A DNA stretch of 32,000 nt from Thermodesulfobacteriota bacterium. Its GTDB lineage: Bacteria > Desulfobacterota > WTBG01 > JAGOGO01. The stretch is taken from positions 1,455,622-1,487,621 of the forward strand of contig CP113000.1 of assembly GCA_026625185.1 (NCBI GenBank), written 5' to 3'. This document shows positions 24,630 through 32,000 of the stretch, one piece after another (position 1 is the stretch's first letter; each line of letters opens with the position of its first letter). Under the pieces are notes generated by a model. It saw nothing but the letters and a program-made list of their open reading frames with translations, did not search any database and was not told where the DNA came from. The position numbers and the translations under genes were made by a program.

Positions 24630-25421
24630 TTGAAGGAAAAGATGATTAAACCCATTCATAATCCTGAACAAGGCCCTTTGAAATTAGTTGGACTCATGTC
24701 CGGTTCAGGGACCAATATCCGAAAAATTTTGGAGCATCAGATAAAACTCGCAAAACAAGCCGGCACATCATTGTTTAAAATGGTTGTTCTTTTTACTGAC
24801 AACGGGAACAGCAATGCATCCAGAATCGGAATGGAATACGATATTCCGGTTATAACCCGGGACATTGCCGGGTTTTACACCCAGCGAGGGAAAAAACGGA
24901 GTGATTTAACTATCCGGCCGGAATTTGACGTTGAAACCGTAAAAGCCCTTTCCCCCTTTGAAGTCAAAGCAGGTATTTATGGCGGGTATATGAGTGTTGT
25001 CACCTCTCCCCTTATTCATGCCTTTCTGGGGGTAAATGTTCACCCGGCTGACCTTTCGATTGAGGAAGGAGGCAAACGAAAATTCACGGGTTCCCACGCG
25101 GTGCGGGATGCCATCGCCCACGGAGAAAAAACCATTGCCGCTACTACCCATATTGTTGAAGACGCGGTTGATCAGGGGCCGATTCTCATGATCTCTCCCC
25201 CTCTGCCCGTGATACTCAAAAAAGAGTGGGATCTTTCCAATCCCGGGCATCTCAAAGAAGCCGAGGCTTTTAACCAGGAGCGTCTTAAAGAAAACGGAGA
25301 CTGGCTGATTTTTCCGAAAACTATCGAATATCTGGCTCAAGGCCGCTATGGGAGAGATGAAACCGGATCCCTTTTTTTTGATGGCAAGCCGATTCCCCAC
25401 GGGTTCCGTTATAAAATTTAG
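24630..25421 (+). CDS. purN: formyltransferase-domain protein, PurN-like (phosphoribosylglycinamide formyltransferase), with a C-terminal extension
   Basis: GLMSGSGTN, NVHPADLS and HIVEDAVDQGPIL correspond to PurN-type motifs. The track start is TTG 24630, and ATG 24642 (AAGGA upstream) is an alternative. About 60 aa longer than a classical PurN. Confidence 0.75.
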   Translation: MKEKMIKPIHNPEQGPLKLVGLMSGSGTNIRKILEHQIKLAKQAGTSLFKMVVLFTDNGNSNASRIGMEYDIPVITRDIAGFYTQRGKKRSDLTIRPEFDVETVKALSPFEVKAGIYGGYMSVVTSPLIHAFLGVNVHPADLSIEEGGKRKFTGSHAVRDAIAHGEKTIAATTHIVEDAVDQGPILMISPPLPVILKKEWDLSNPGHLKEAEAFNQERLKENGDWLIFPKTIEYLAQGRYGRDETGSLFFDGKPIPHGFRYKI

Positions 25422-25480
25422 GTTTTAAGTTTTAAGCTTAACGCTTTAAACTTTATCCTTTATTTATTGAGAAACTTTTT

Positions 25481-26605
25481 ATGTCGCAGCATTACAAAAA
25501 AGCTGGTGTTGATATTCATCAGGGAGACAAAGCATCCCACATTCTTTATCAGGCCGCTCGCAAAACCTGGAAAAACCGCTCCCGTCACTTAGGAGAGGTG
25601 ATTACCCCGTTTGATGATTTTACAGGATTGCGGGTGATGGCAGTGGGGAAACTTCCAGCCGGAACGGTTTTGGGAGTGGGTTTTGATGGCGTGGGAACGA
25701 AAGTCGAGATCGGAGAACGGATCGCTCATCACCATACCATCGCCTTTGATTTATTCGCCATGGTCTGCGATGACGCAGTGGTCAGGGGGGGGGAACCGGT
25801 TTTAGTGGGAACTGTCTTGGATGTCAACACCCTGGGGAAAGAGGATGAATCGTATTTAAATTTTATTAAACAGCTGGCCGACGGTTATGTTAAAGCCGCC
25901 CGCGAAGCCGGAGTCGCGGTTATCAACGGAGAACTGGCGGAACTGGGCGTCCGGGTTACCGGGTATGGGCCTTTTAACTATAACTGGAGCGCCGGGGTTA
26001 TCTGGTTTGCCCGACAGGATCGGATGTTCACCGGTTTTGAAATCAAGCCCGGTGATGCCCTGGTGGGTTTACAAGAGGAAGGCTTTCGTTCAAATGGTTT
26101 ATCCCTGGCCCGGCAAATCTTACGTCAAAATTTTGGAGAAGAGTGGCATACCAAATCCGTGAACGGAAAAAAACTGGGTGAGCTGGCACTTAAACCCTCT
26201 CGCATTTATACGCGCGCCATCGTGGACATGATCGGCGGCGTGGAAGGCAAACCCCAGGCAAAGGTTCACGGCGTGGCCCACATTACCGGCGGAGGAATAC
26301 CCGGCAAGCTGGGAAGAATACTCAAACCCCGGAAATTAGGCGCTCAGATTGACAGCCCTTTTCCTCCCGGTGATATCGTTTCCTTTTGTCAGGCGCTGGG
26401 CAACGTCTCCGATCGGGAAGCTTATCGGGCCTGGAATATGGGCCAGGGGATGATCGTCGTCACTCCTGAGCCGGAACCGGTAATCAGGATTGCTCGCGAC
26501 CATGGAATCAAGGCAAAAATAAGCGGACGGGTGACCCAAACCCCAGGAATTACTATTGTGAGCCAAGGAGCTTTCAAAAAAGACAAGGTATTAAAATTTT
26601 CTTAA
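25481..26605 (+). CDS. purM: phosphoribosylformylglycinamidine cyclo-ligase (AIR synthetase)
   Basis: YKKAGVDI, the GFDGVGTK motif, HITGGGIPGKL, and 374 aa. Confidence 0.93.
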   Translation: MSQHYKKAGVDIHQGDKASHILYQAARKTWKNRSRHLGEVITPFDDFTGLRVMAVGKLPAGTVLGVGFDGVGTKVEIGERIAHHHTIAFDLFAMVCDDAVVRGGEPVLVGTVLDVNTLGKEDESYLNFIKQLADGYVKAAREAGVAVINGELAELGVRVTGYGPFNYNWSAGVIWFARQDRMFTGFEIKPGDALVGLQEEGFRSNGLSLARQILRQNFGEEWHTKSVNGKKLGELALKPSRIYTRAIVDMIGGVEGKPQAKVHGVAHITGGGIPGKLGRILKPRKLGAQIDSPFPPGDIVSFCQALGNVSDREAYRAWNMGQGMIVVTPEPEPVIRIARDHGIKAKISGRVTQTPGITIVSQGAFKKDKVLKFS

Positions 26606-26910
26606 CCACCCTTTATCAGATCACCAAGGGCTTTTAATTCCATAAAACGTAATTTTTTTAAAGACTAAAAAGATCGTTCATAATCCTTGATCTGTAATTT
26701 CCCCGACAGAAAAATAATTTAATTTTAGTTAGTTATTTGTTGCTGCGGGAAGTTATTCCCTCGAAGCCCGGGACAGAAATGATACCTTGAGAGGCAGTCC
26801 TAACTTTTTTACTGAAAAATCCTTTTGTTTTTTAAAAGAGTGTGGTATTTATTTAAATATAATAGTGAATTTACAAGTTTTTTTTGCAAGGAAAAAGGAG
26901 GTTTAACAAA

Positions 26911-27414
26911 ATGCCGGTTGCACAGTATCTCTGTGATAGTTGTGGCAAGGTTCTGGAAAAAATGATTTCCGAGAAATACCCGGCTAATATGACCTATGCT
27001 CCCCCAAACACGACCAGCCATTTCTTTCAGTGCACGAATACCTCGTGTAATGCAAAATTTATCGCTTACGAAGAAGGATCAGGCAAGCAAACCTGGGATA
27101 TTAAAGATGAAGAAAACTTCAAAAGTATTTTTAAAAGCGTAAATGAACGGCAAGAACGCACGGTCCTCAAAGAGGAAAAGGAAAAAATGGCCCAGGAAAA
27201 AACCCAGATTGAAAGAATGTTGAATGAAAATCCCCAAAAAATCTCGATCATTAAAAAAGATATGGAAAAAATCAAAATCCAGGTTAATAATCTGACGGAT
27301 GAATATGAAGAAAGAAGTGCGCAAGTGACCAATTTGGAGGAAGCCCTGAAAAAAGGGAGAATAAGGTTGGAGGAAATTGAAAAAAGGCTTAGAGAGTTAA
27401 TCCATATTAAATAA
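26911..27414 (+). CDS. zinc-ribbon plus coiled-coil protein of unknown function (167 aa)
   Basis: ATG 26911 is preceded by AGGAGG (26896-26901); the track start at TTG 26884 is less likely. CDSCGK ... CTNTSC Cys pairs, then about 100 aa of heptad-like, Glu/Lys-rich sequence. Confidence 0.7.
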   Translation: MPVAQYLCDSCGKVLEKMISEKYPANMTYAPPNTTSHFFQCTNTSCNAKFIAYEEGSGKQTWDIKDEENFKSIFKSVNERQERTVLKEEKEKMAQEKTQIERMLNENPQKISIIKKDMEKIKIQVNNLTDEYEERSAQVTNLEEALKKGRIRLEEIEKRLRELIHIK

Positions 27415-27426
27415 CTGATGTTGCAT

Positions 27427-27502
27427 CGGGGCGTAGCGCAGTCTGGTTTAGCGCACCTGAATGGGGTTCAGGGGGTCGGAGGTTCAAATCCTCTCGCCCC
27501 GA
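27427..27502 (+). tRNA. tRNA-Pro (anticodon GGG)
   Basis: Cloverleaf: acceptor CGGGGCG/CGCCCCG, D-arm GCGC..GCGC, anticodon stem CCTGA/TCAGG with loop ATGGGGT, T-arm GGAGG-TTCAAAT-CCTCT. 76 nt, no encoded CCA. Confidence 0.9.
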
Positions 27503-27794
27503 TTAATTCAATTTTTTTTATTTAGTAGTCCCATGTAAATTCAATTGCATGGGATTACTTGTTAAGTTTCTTTAAAGAGGAAGACCATAATAAGGGTTTA
27601 TTTTAGTGCAAAGCATTACCTTCCATGACGCAGTCATCATTTCCTGTCCCGCCTTGCAGTTCCCTTTCATTCCGAAGGCAATAAATGGTAAAATCTTATA
27701 ATTTTTGGATGTCCTCAAGCCCCCTATATTGGCTAGTTCGGAGCCCCTTTTTTGTTGCGCGTTTTATGAAAAAACATTATTATATAAAATAATC

Positions 27795-27833
27795 GGAGAG
27801 ATGACCGAGTGGTTTAAGGAGGCGGTCTTGAAA
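27795..27833 (+). pseudogene. 5' half of a tRNA-Ser(UGA) gene, truncated or decayed after the anticodon loop
   Basis: GGAGAGA-TG-ACC-GAGTGGTTTAA-GGA-G-GCGGT-CTTGAAA matches the class II tRNA-Ser acceptor, D-arm, anticodon stem and loop (anticodon TGA). The following bases (tttga...) cannot pair with GCGGT, and no T-arm or acceptor 3' strand follows. Confidence 0.6.
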
Positions 27834-28076
27834 TTTGATTTTGAGGGTTTTTGTAAGTGCAAAAAACGAATTTCTCAAAAAAGAAGATCACGGCTGAAAA
27901 TATAGTGGGGCAGTAATAATGTTATTTAATTTTTTAATCAATTAAAGAGTATAGAGAGTCCCTGCTTTTCGCAAAAAGAAAAGGCCATTTTGCCAAATAA
28001 AAAGGTAGAAGGCCTTTTTTGTTTTCCGGTAAGAAAAAACAGAGCGAGTGGTTAAAGCATGAATGATATTCCTACC

Positions 28077-28128
28077 TAACACGTATTTTGAATACCTGTT
28101 ATGTACCAATTAATTTGGTATTGATTTT
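28077..28128. repeat. 52-bp direct repeat, copy A (upstream of the PAS-LuxR gene)
   Basis: My manual alignment with 30534-30585 gives 47 of 52 identical positions. The repeat contains the near-palindrome taccaa-ttaat-ttggta followed by ttgatttt. Confidence 0.7.
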
Positions 28129-28409
28129 TATTGGTTTTTTTTTAACTATTAAAAAGAATTTAATTTTTGGGGGACTCACCTAATTCTCAGTTACAATTTT
28201 CTCACTTTAGATAAAAAGCATTGTGCAAACAGTGTGTTAGAAATATCACAAAATTTTTAATAATTGGGGATGTCCTTATTATTTTAAAGATCCCTATAAT
28301 TGCTCCTCTAAAAAAGACCATTACCATCGAAGGTAAAGATAATCCTGATTAATTTCCTAATGTTAACCAAGAGATAGAGAACCTATTTGCACAATTGAAA
28401 GGTTTCCTA

Positions 28410-30536
28410 ATGGAAAAGAAACCGACTCATGAAGAATGGGAACAGAGGATTAAAGAGTTAGAGAAAGAAGGAATCCAGCTAAGGTTGGAAAAAAATGAAC
28501 TAACGGACTTAAAGGACCGGCTCAAAATATTATTTGAAGTTGCTCCCGACGGATATTTTCTATGCGACCTAACCGGGCGATTCATTGATGTTAATAAAGC
28601 TGCTGAATTATTATCAGGTTATTACAGAGAGGAATTAATTGGTAAAAATTTTTTTCAAGAGCAATTATTGCCCCCAATACAACTAAAGAAAGCAGCTCTG
28701 TTATTTGCCGAAATTGTAAAAGGTCATGCTAACGGACCGGAAGAGTTTACTCTAAACCGGAAAGACGGCGGTCAAGTTGAATTGGAGCTAAGAGCATTTT
28801 CAGTAAAAATAAACGGGGAAACCAGGGTATTGGCCATTGCCCGCGACATCACAAAACACAAGTGCGCCGAGAAGGTACTCAAAGACCACGATGAAGAATT
28901 AACCGCAATCTACGATAATGCGCCGTTTATCATACTACTCGTCGACGAAAACTGGACGATTCGAAAAACAAATGTTTTTACGGCTAAGTTAGTGGGGGAG
29001 ACGGTTGATAATTTGGTAAACCGGCGCTGTGGGGAGGCGCTTCAGTGTGTTCATGCATTTGATACACCTGAAGGGTGTGGTTTTGGACCTTCCTGCAAGA
29101 AATGCGCATTGCGCCTTACTATCCTAAACACAATCGAAACCGGTCTCAACCACCGTGAGAAAGAAATAAAGATGTCTTTTTTTGACGGGAAAAACGAGCG
29201 AAATGCAACTTTTCTTATTTCAACAAAAAAACTGCTCATCCGGGAACAACCCTTGGCACTGGTCGGCATGCAGAACATTACCGAACGCAAGAAAAGTGAG
29301 AAGGAACTGCAGGAAAGCGAGAACCGATACCGGACTCTTTTTGAATCATCCAGAGACGCAATTATGTTAATAAACCAGGAAAGAAGAATTTTACAAGGTA
29401 ATCCGGCGGCAATACAAATGTTTGGTTGCATTGATAATGAAGAATTTACTTCTCTAAACGTAAGGGACATATCCCCTGAGTATCAACCCGATGGGACTCT
29501 GAGTTCAGTAAAAGCCGAACAAATGGTCAAAATTGCCATGGGAAAAAACTCCCATTTTTTCGAATGGAAGCACAAACGGAAAGATGGTAAGGAATTTTTT
29601 TCTACAGTTTTATTGACCAAAATGGAATTAGGTAATGAAATAATTTTCCAAGCTACTGTTCGCGATATAACTGAAAACAAGCTGACCGAAGAATCGCTCA
29701 AGCAATTCAAAACTATTACCGATAAACAAATCATTGGGAATGCGATAGGCGACGCCCAAGGTAATCTTACCTATTGCAACCACGCCTTTGCAGCGATGCA
29801 TGGTTATAAAACTAATGAGCTGATCGGCAAACACTTGTCAATTTTCTATTCTGAAGAGGAAATAAAAAAAATGTATCATGCGAACAACAAAAATAAATTG
29901 CAGGTGAAAAAAGACGGTATTTATAATAAAGAGGTGTGGCGTATAAGAAAAGACGGCAGCTCTTTCCCATCGCTCACCAATGTAATAGAACTCGAGAATG
30001 CCTGGAGAAGACCTTTGTTTTTCGCTGCTTCAGTAATTGATATCTCCCAACGAAAAAAGGCGGAGGAAGCACTGAAAAAAAGGGAGAAGGAATTGGGGAT
30101 TAAGACCAACAATCTTGAGAAAGCAAATAATGCATTGGAAGTCTTGCTGAAAAAAAGAGAGGAAGATAAAAAAAAGCTTGAAGAGGGGGTGTTGTTTAAT
30201 ATGAGACGAGTGGTCGAACCCTACTTAGAAAAATTAAAGGACAGTAATTTGGATGAAAAACAAATGCTCTATTTAAACATCCTTGAGAAAAATCTAAATG
30301 ATATTCTTTCAGCATTTCCACAAACATTATCTTCCAACCAAATAAAACTTACTCCCGCAGAGCTTGAGGTAGCAAATCTTGTTAAGCAGGGAAGAAGCAC
30401 AAAACAGATTGCACTGGCATTGAATATTTCTTACCGAACAGCCGAAGTGCACCGAAAGAATATTAGAAAAAAATTTAATCTTAAGGACAAAAAAATCAAC
30501 CTGAGAACCCACCTTTTATCTTCCATTTCTAATTAA
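28410..30536 (+). CDS. multi-PAS-domain one-component regulator with a C-terminal LuxR/GerE-type HTH
   Basis: At least four PAS-like modules (for example NRYRTLFESSRDAIMLI...EWKHKRKDGKEF...VRDITENK), coiled-coil linkers, and the C-terminal LTPAELEVANLVKQGRSTKQIALALNISYRTAEVHRKNIRKKF. ATG 28410 with GAAAGG upstream is preferred over the track's TTG 28395. Confidence 0.85.
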   Translation: MEKKPTHEEWEQRIKELEKEGIQLRLEKNELTDLKDRLKILFEVAPDGYFLCDLTGRFIDVNKAAELLSGYYREELIGKNFFQEQLLPPIQLKKAALLFAEIVKGHANGPEEFTLNRKDGGQVELELRAFSVKINGETRVLAIARDITKHKCAEKVLKDHDEELTAIYDNAPFIILLVDENWTIRKTNVFTAKLVGETVDNLVNRRCGEALQCVHAFDTPEGCGFGPSCKKCALRLTILNTIETGLNHREKEIKMSFFDGKNERNATFLISTKKLLIREQPLALVGMQNITERKKSEKELQESENRYRTLFESSRDAIMLINQERRILQGNPAAIQMFGCIDNEEFTSLNVRDISPEYQPDGTLSSVKAEQMVKIAMGKNSHFFEWKHKRKDGKEFFSTVLLTKMELGNEIIFQATVRDITENKLTEESLKQFKTITDKQIIGNAIGDAQGNLTYCNHAFAAMHGYKTNELIGKHLSIFYSEEEIKKMYHANNKNKLQVKKDGIYNKEVWRIRKDGSSFPSLTNVIELENAWRRPLFFAASVIDISQRKKAEEALKKREKELGIKTNNLEKANNALEVLLKKREEDKKKLEEGVLFNMRRVVEPYLEKLKDSNLDEKQMLYLNILEKNLNDILSAFPQTLSSNQIKLTPAELEVANLVKQGRSTKQIALALNISYRTAEVHRKNIRKKFNLKDKKINLRTHLLSSISN

Positions 30537-30585
30537 CACGTATTTTTAATACCCGTTAAGTAACCATTAATTTGGTATTGATTTT
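30534..30585. repeat. 52-bp direct repeat, copy B (starts at the PAS-LuxR stop codon)
   Basis: See copy A. The repeat begins with the TAA stop at 30534-30536. Confidence 0.7.
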
Positions 30586-30972
30586 AGCCCTAACCTCTTT
30601 ATAATTCAGAAAATTTTTTTGGTGTCGGTGCGGTTATATGTTTCGAGTAACCCACTTTCGATAAAGCATAATTCTTAAAGACTGGCTTAGAGAGCGCACC
30701 AGCAATATTAAACTGACCTCGATTATTGAAAATTTGGATACCAATTTGCACTAACGGGATAAAAGAGGATCGACTTAAAATGTCTTTTTCTTTGGAATTT
30801 GGTTACGAATGGTGAATCAAAAACAGCGCCGCGAAGGAGCTATGGGGATATGTTAAACCGTCCTTAGATGATCTTTATGAATAGTAATCAAAAAATAGAT
30901 CAGTTTTAAATTTACTTTTTAACAAAAAAATTTGCCGGCGGGATTTTACCTGCAAGCAAAGGAGGAAGGTAA

Positions 30973-31383
30973 ATGAAAAAGATATTAATAGCCTTATTGG
31001 TATTCACATTTGGTTTCTTTTTACTTGGTGGGTTTCAATACGCTTCTGCATCTTCAATCACCCAGGGTGAATACGCAATCAAGTTAGCTGAAAAATTAGG
31101 GCTGGGAAAAAACCTATCGGCTGATGCTGCTATTGCCGCCTTGACCAAAGTGGAAATAATGCCCGCGAATGGGTTTAAACCAGAGGATTCAATGAACCCG
31201 GTTATTGCTGATGAGATTGCTCAGGCCGCCGGAAAAGCTTGTGCGAAAGGATTACTTGCTCCGTTGTCCTGTAAGGAAGTTGATGCTATTGTTAGTTACT
31301 TAAACGAAGAACTGGAATTAACCCCACCTTCAGCACCAATACCTCCCCCCCCACCAAGGCATCCGGCAAGTCCCGCCTCGTGA
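30973..31383 (+). CDS. secreted protein of unknown function with a Pro-rich C-terminus (136 aa)
   Basis: AAAGGAGG RBS. Signal-peptide-like N-terminus MKKILIALLVFTFGFFLLGGFQYASA. C-terminal PPSAPIPPPPPRHPASPAS. Confidence 0.7.
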   Translation: MKKILIALLVFTFGFFLLGGFQYASASSITQGEYAIKLAEKLGLGKNLSADAAIAALTKVEIMPANGFKPEDSMNPVIADEIAQAAGKACAKGLLAPLSCKEVDAIVSYLNEELELTPPSAPIPPPPPRHPASPAS

Positions 31384-31454
31384 TGATAAAGGCCGGAAGT
31401 GTAGGGTTTTCTTTCCCACGGGGTGATTGACTGACAGAACAAGAAGAGGGAATA

Positions 31455-32000
31455 ATGAAGATGGGATTAAAAAAAGATTATAAGCAAGGGAAGAATTTTG
31501 CTTTTGTGTTTGTTTTTCTCCTAATGTTTTGCATGAAGCCTTATCAAGGCGAGGCCAAGCAAATGCCGACCTCGACCGATGTTCAAAAAATGCAAAATCT
31601 TCCGGGTAACATCCATGTGGGCCCGCTTAAAATTCATCCCGGAGTCAGTGTAACCGAGTCCTATTCCAGCAATATATTTAAAGAAGAGGACCATAAGAGG
31701 GGAGCGTGGATCACCACTGCTTCCCTGGGGATTATCCTCCAACTCCCGATCAGACGTCATTTCCTGCAGCTTGACTACCACGCGGATATTATAGAGGCCG
31801 AGCGGTTTCACAAACAATACGATACCGCCAGCCATTTTGTTAATGGAATTCTCAATCTGGATTTTAACCGGCTCACTATTTTGGCAGGAGACAACTGGCA
31901 AAGCAACTCCACTCCTCCGGACAATAAAACGATATCCGCCAGGACTATCTTCAAAACCGGGCTTTTTGCGATGTCAGTTACCGGCTTGCCAACCGGTATA
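31455..32000 (+). CDS. probable outer-membrane (beta-barrel-like) protein, N-terminal 182 codons (runs off the window)
   Basis: The frame is open from ATG 31455 (GAGGG 5 nt upstream) to the window end, so it is absent from the ORF track. Hydrophobic signal-like FAFVFVFLLMFCM. Alternating-pattern segments such as IHPGVSVTESYSSNIF are typical of OM barrels in polysaccharide loci. Confidence 0.6.
   Translation, partial: MKMGLKKDYKQGKNFAFVFVFLLMFCMKPYQGEAKQMPTSTDVQKMQNLPGNIHVGPLKIHPGVSVTESYSSNIFKEEDHKRGAWITTASLGIILQLPIRRHFLQLDYHADIIEAERFHKQYDTASHFVNGILNLDFNRLTILAGDNWQSNSTPPDNKTISARTIFKTGLFAMSVTGLPTGI

Noticed and set aside
27705-27905. 66-aa plus-strand ORF
   Set aside because: It reads straight through the tRNA-Ser 5'-half sequence (GEMTEWFKEAV is the translated D-arm). 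No RBS.
28023-28079. Relic C-terminus of a second LuxR-type gene immediately before repeat copy A
   Set aside because: The frame ending at TAA 28077-28079 is interrupted by a stop 8 codons upstream. It shows only faint resemblance (RKN..., 6 of 12 nt before the repeat) to the intact gene's 3' end, which is too weak to call a pseudogene.
27834-28394. Group I intron or split-gene explanation for the tRNA-Ser 5' half
   Set aside because: I scanned the downstream ~560 nt and the rest of the window by eye. I found no sequence able to supply the ACCGC anticodon-stem strand, a GGTTCGAATCC-type T-arm or the TCTCTCC acceptor strand.
31521-31901. 126-aa minus-strand ORF from the track
   Set aside because: It is nested antisense in a longer open plus-strand frame that has an RBS, a signal-like N-terminus and membrane-protein character.

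Overview
This 32-kb window comes from a diderm bacterium that makes LPS heptose. No taxon can be assigned from sequence alone. Hand counts of a few 60-nt lines give about 48-58% GC for the core genes. The core carries central carbon genes (pgm, pgi, gpmA), an envelope glycan/LPS block (GT2 and GT39 ArnC/ArnT-like pair, VOC protein, hldC, hldA, waaF, a B12-binding radical SAM enzyme), rnc-der, an ABC-F ATPase, and a purine block (purQ, PurS-PurL fusion, divergent purN-like and purM). Two AT-rich accessory segments (about 33-37% GC in the same kind of hand count) interrupt the core, and both abut tRNA genes. Segment 1 (1-3135, next to tRNA-Arg-CCG) is the most interesting part. It holds a tightly packed minus-strand operon: an IS1595-type transposase, a 241-249-aa orphan protein, and a PIN nuclease that starts at TTG. 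The operon has a near-consensus promoter whose -10 box sits inside a perfect 9-bp palindrome, with two 12-bp direct repeats further upstream. A stand-alone HNH nuclease follows, and its 3' end overlaps a convergent small gene. Segment 2 (about 26.6-31.4 kb) holds a zinc-ribbon/coiled-coil protein, tRNA-Pro-GGG and a decapitated tRNA-Ser(UGA) 5' half. It also holds a multi-PAS LuxR-type one-component regulator bracketed by 52-bp direct repeats, a secreted Pro-rich protein, and the start of a probable outer-membrane protein that the ORF track missed. Several intergenic regions carry long imperfect palindromes, including one two-copy element. I saw no CRISPR array, rRNA or recognisable riboswitch. 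All functional calls come from motif recognition by eye, and no database search was run.
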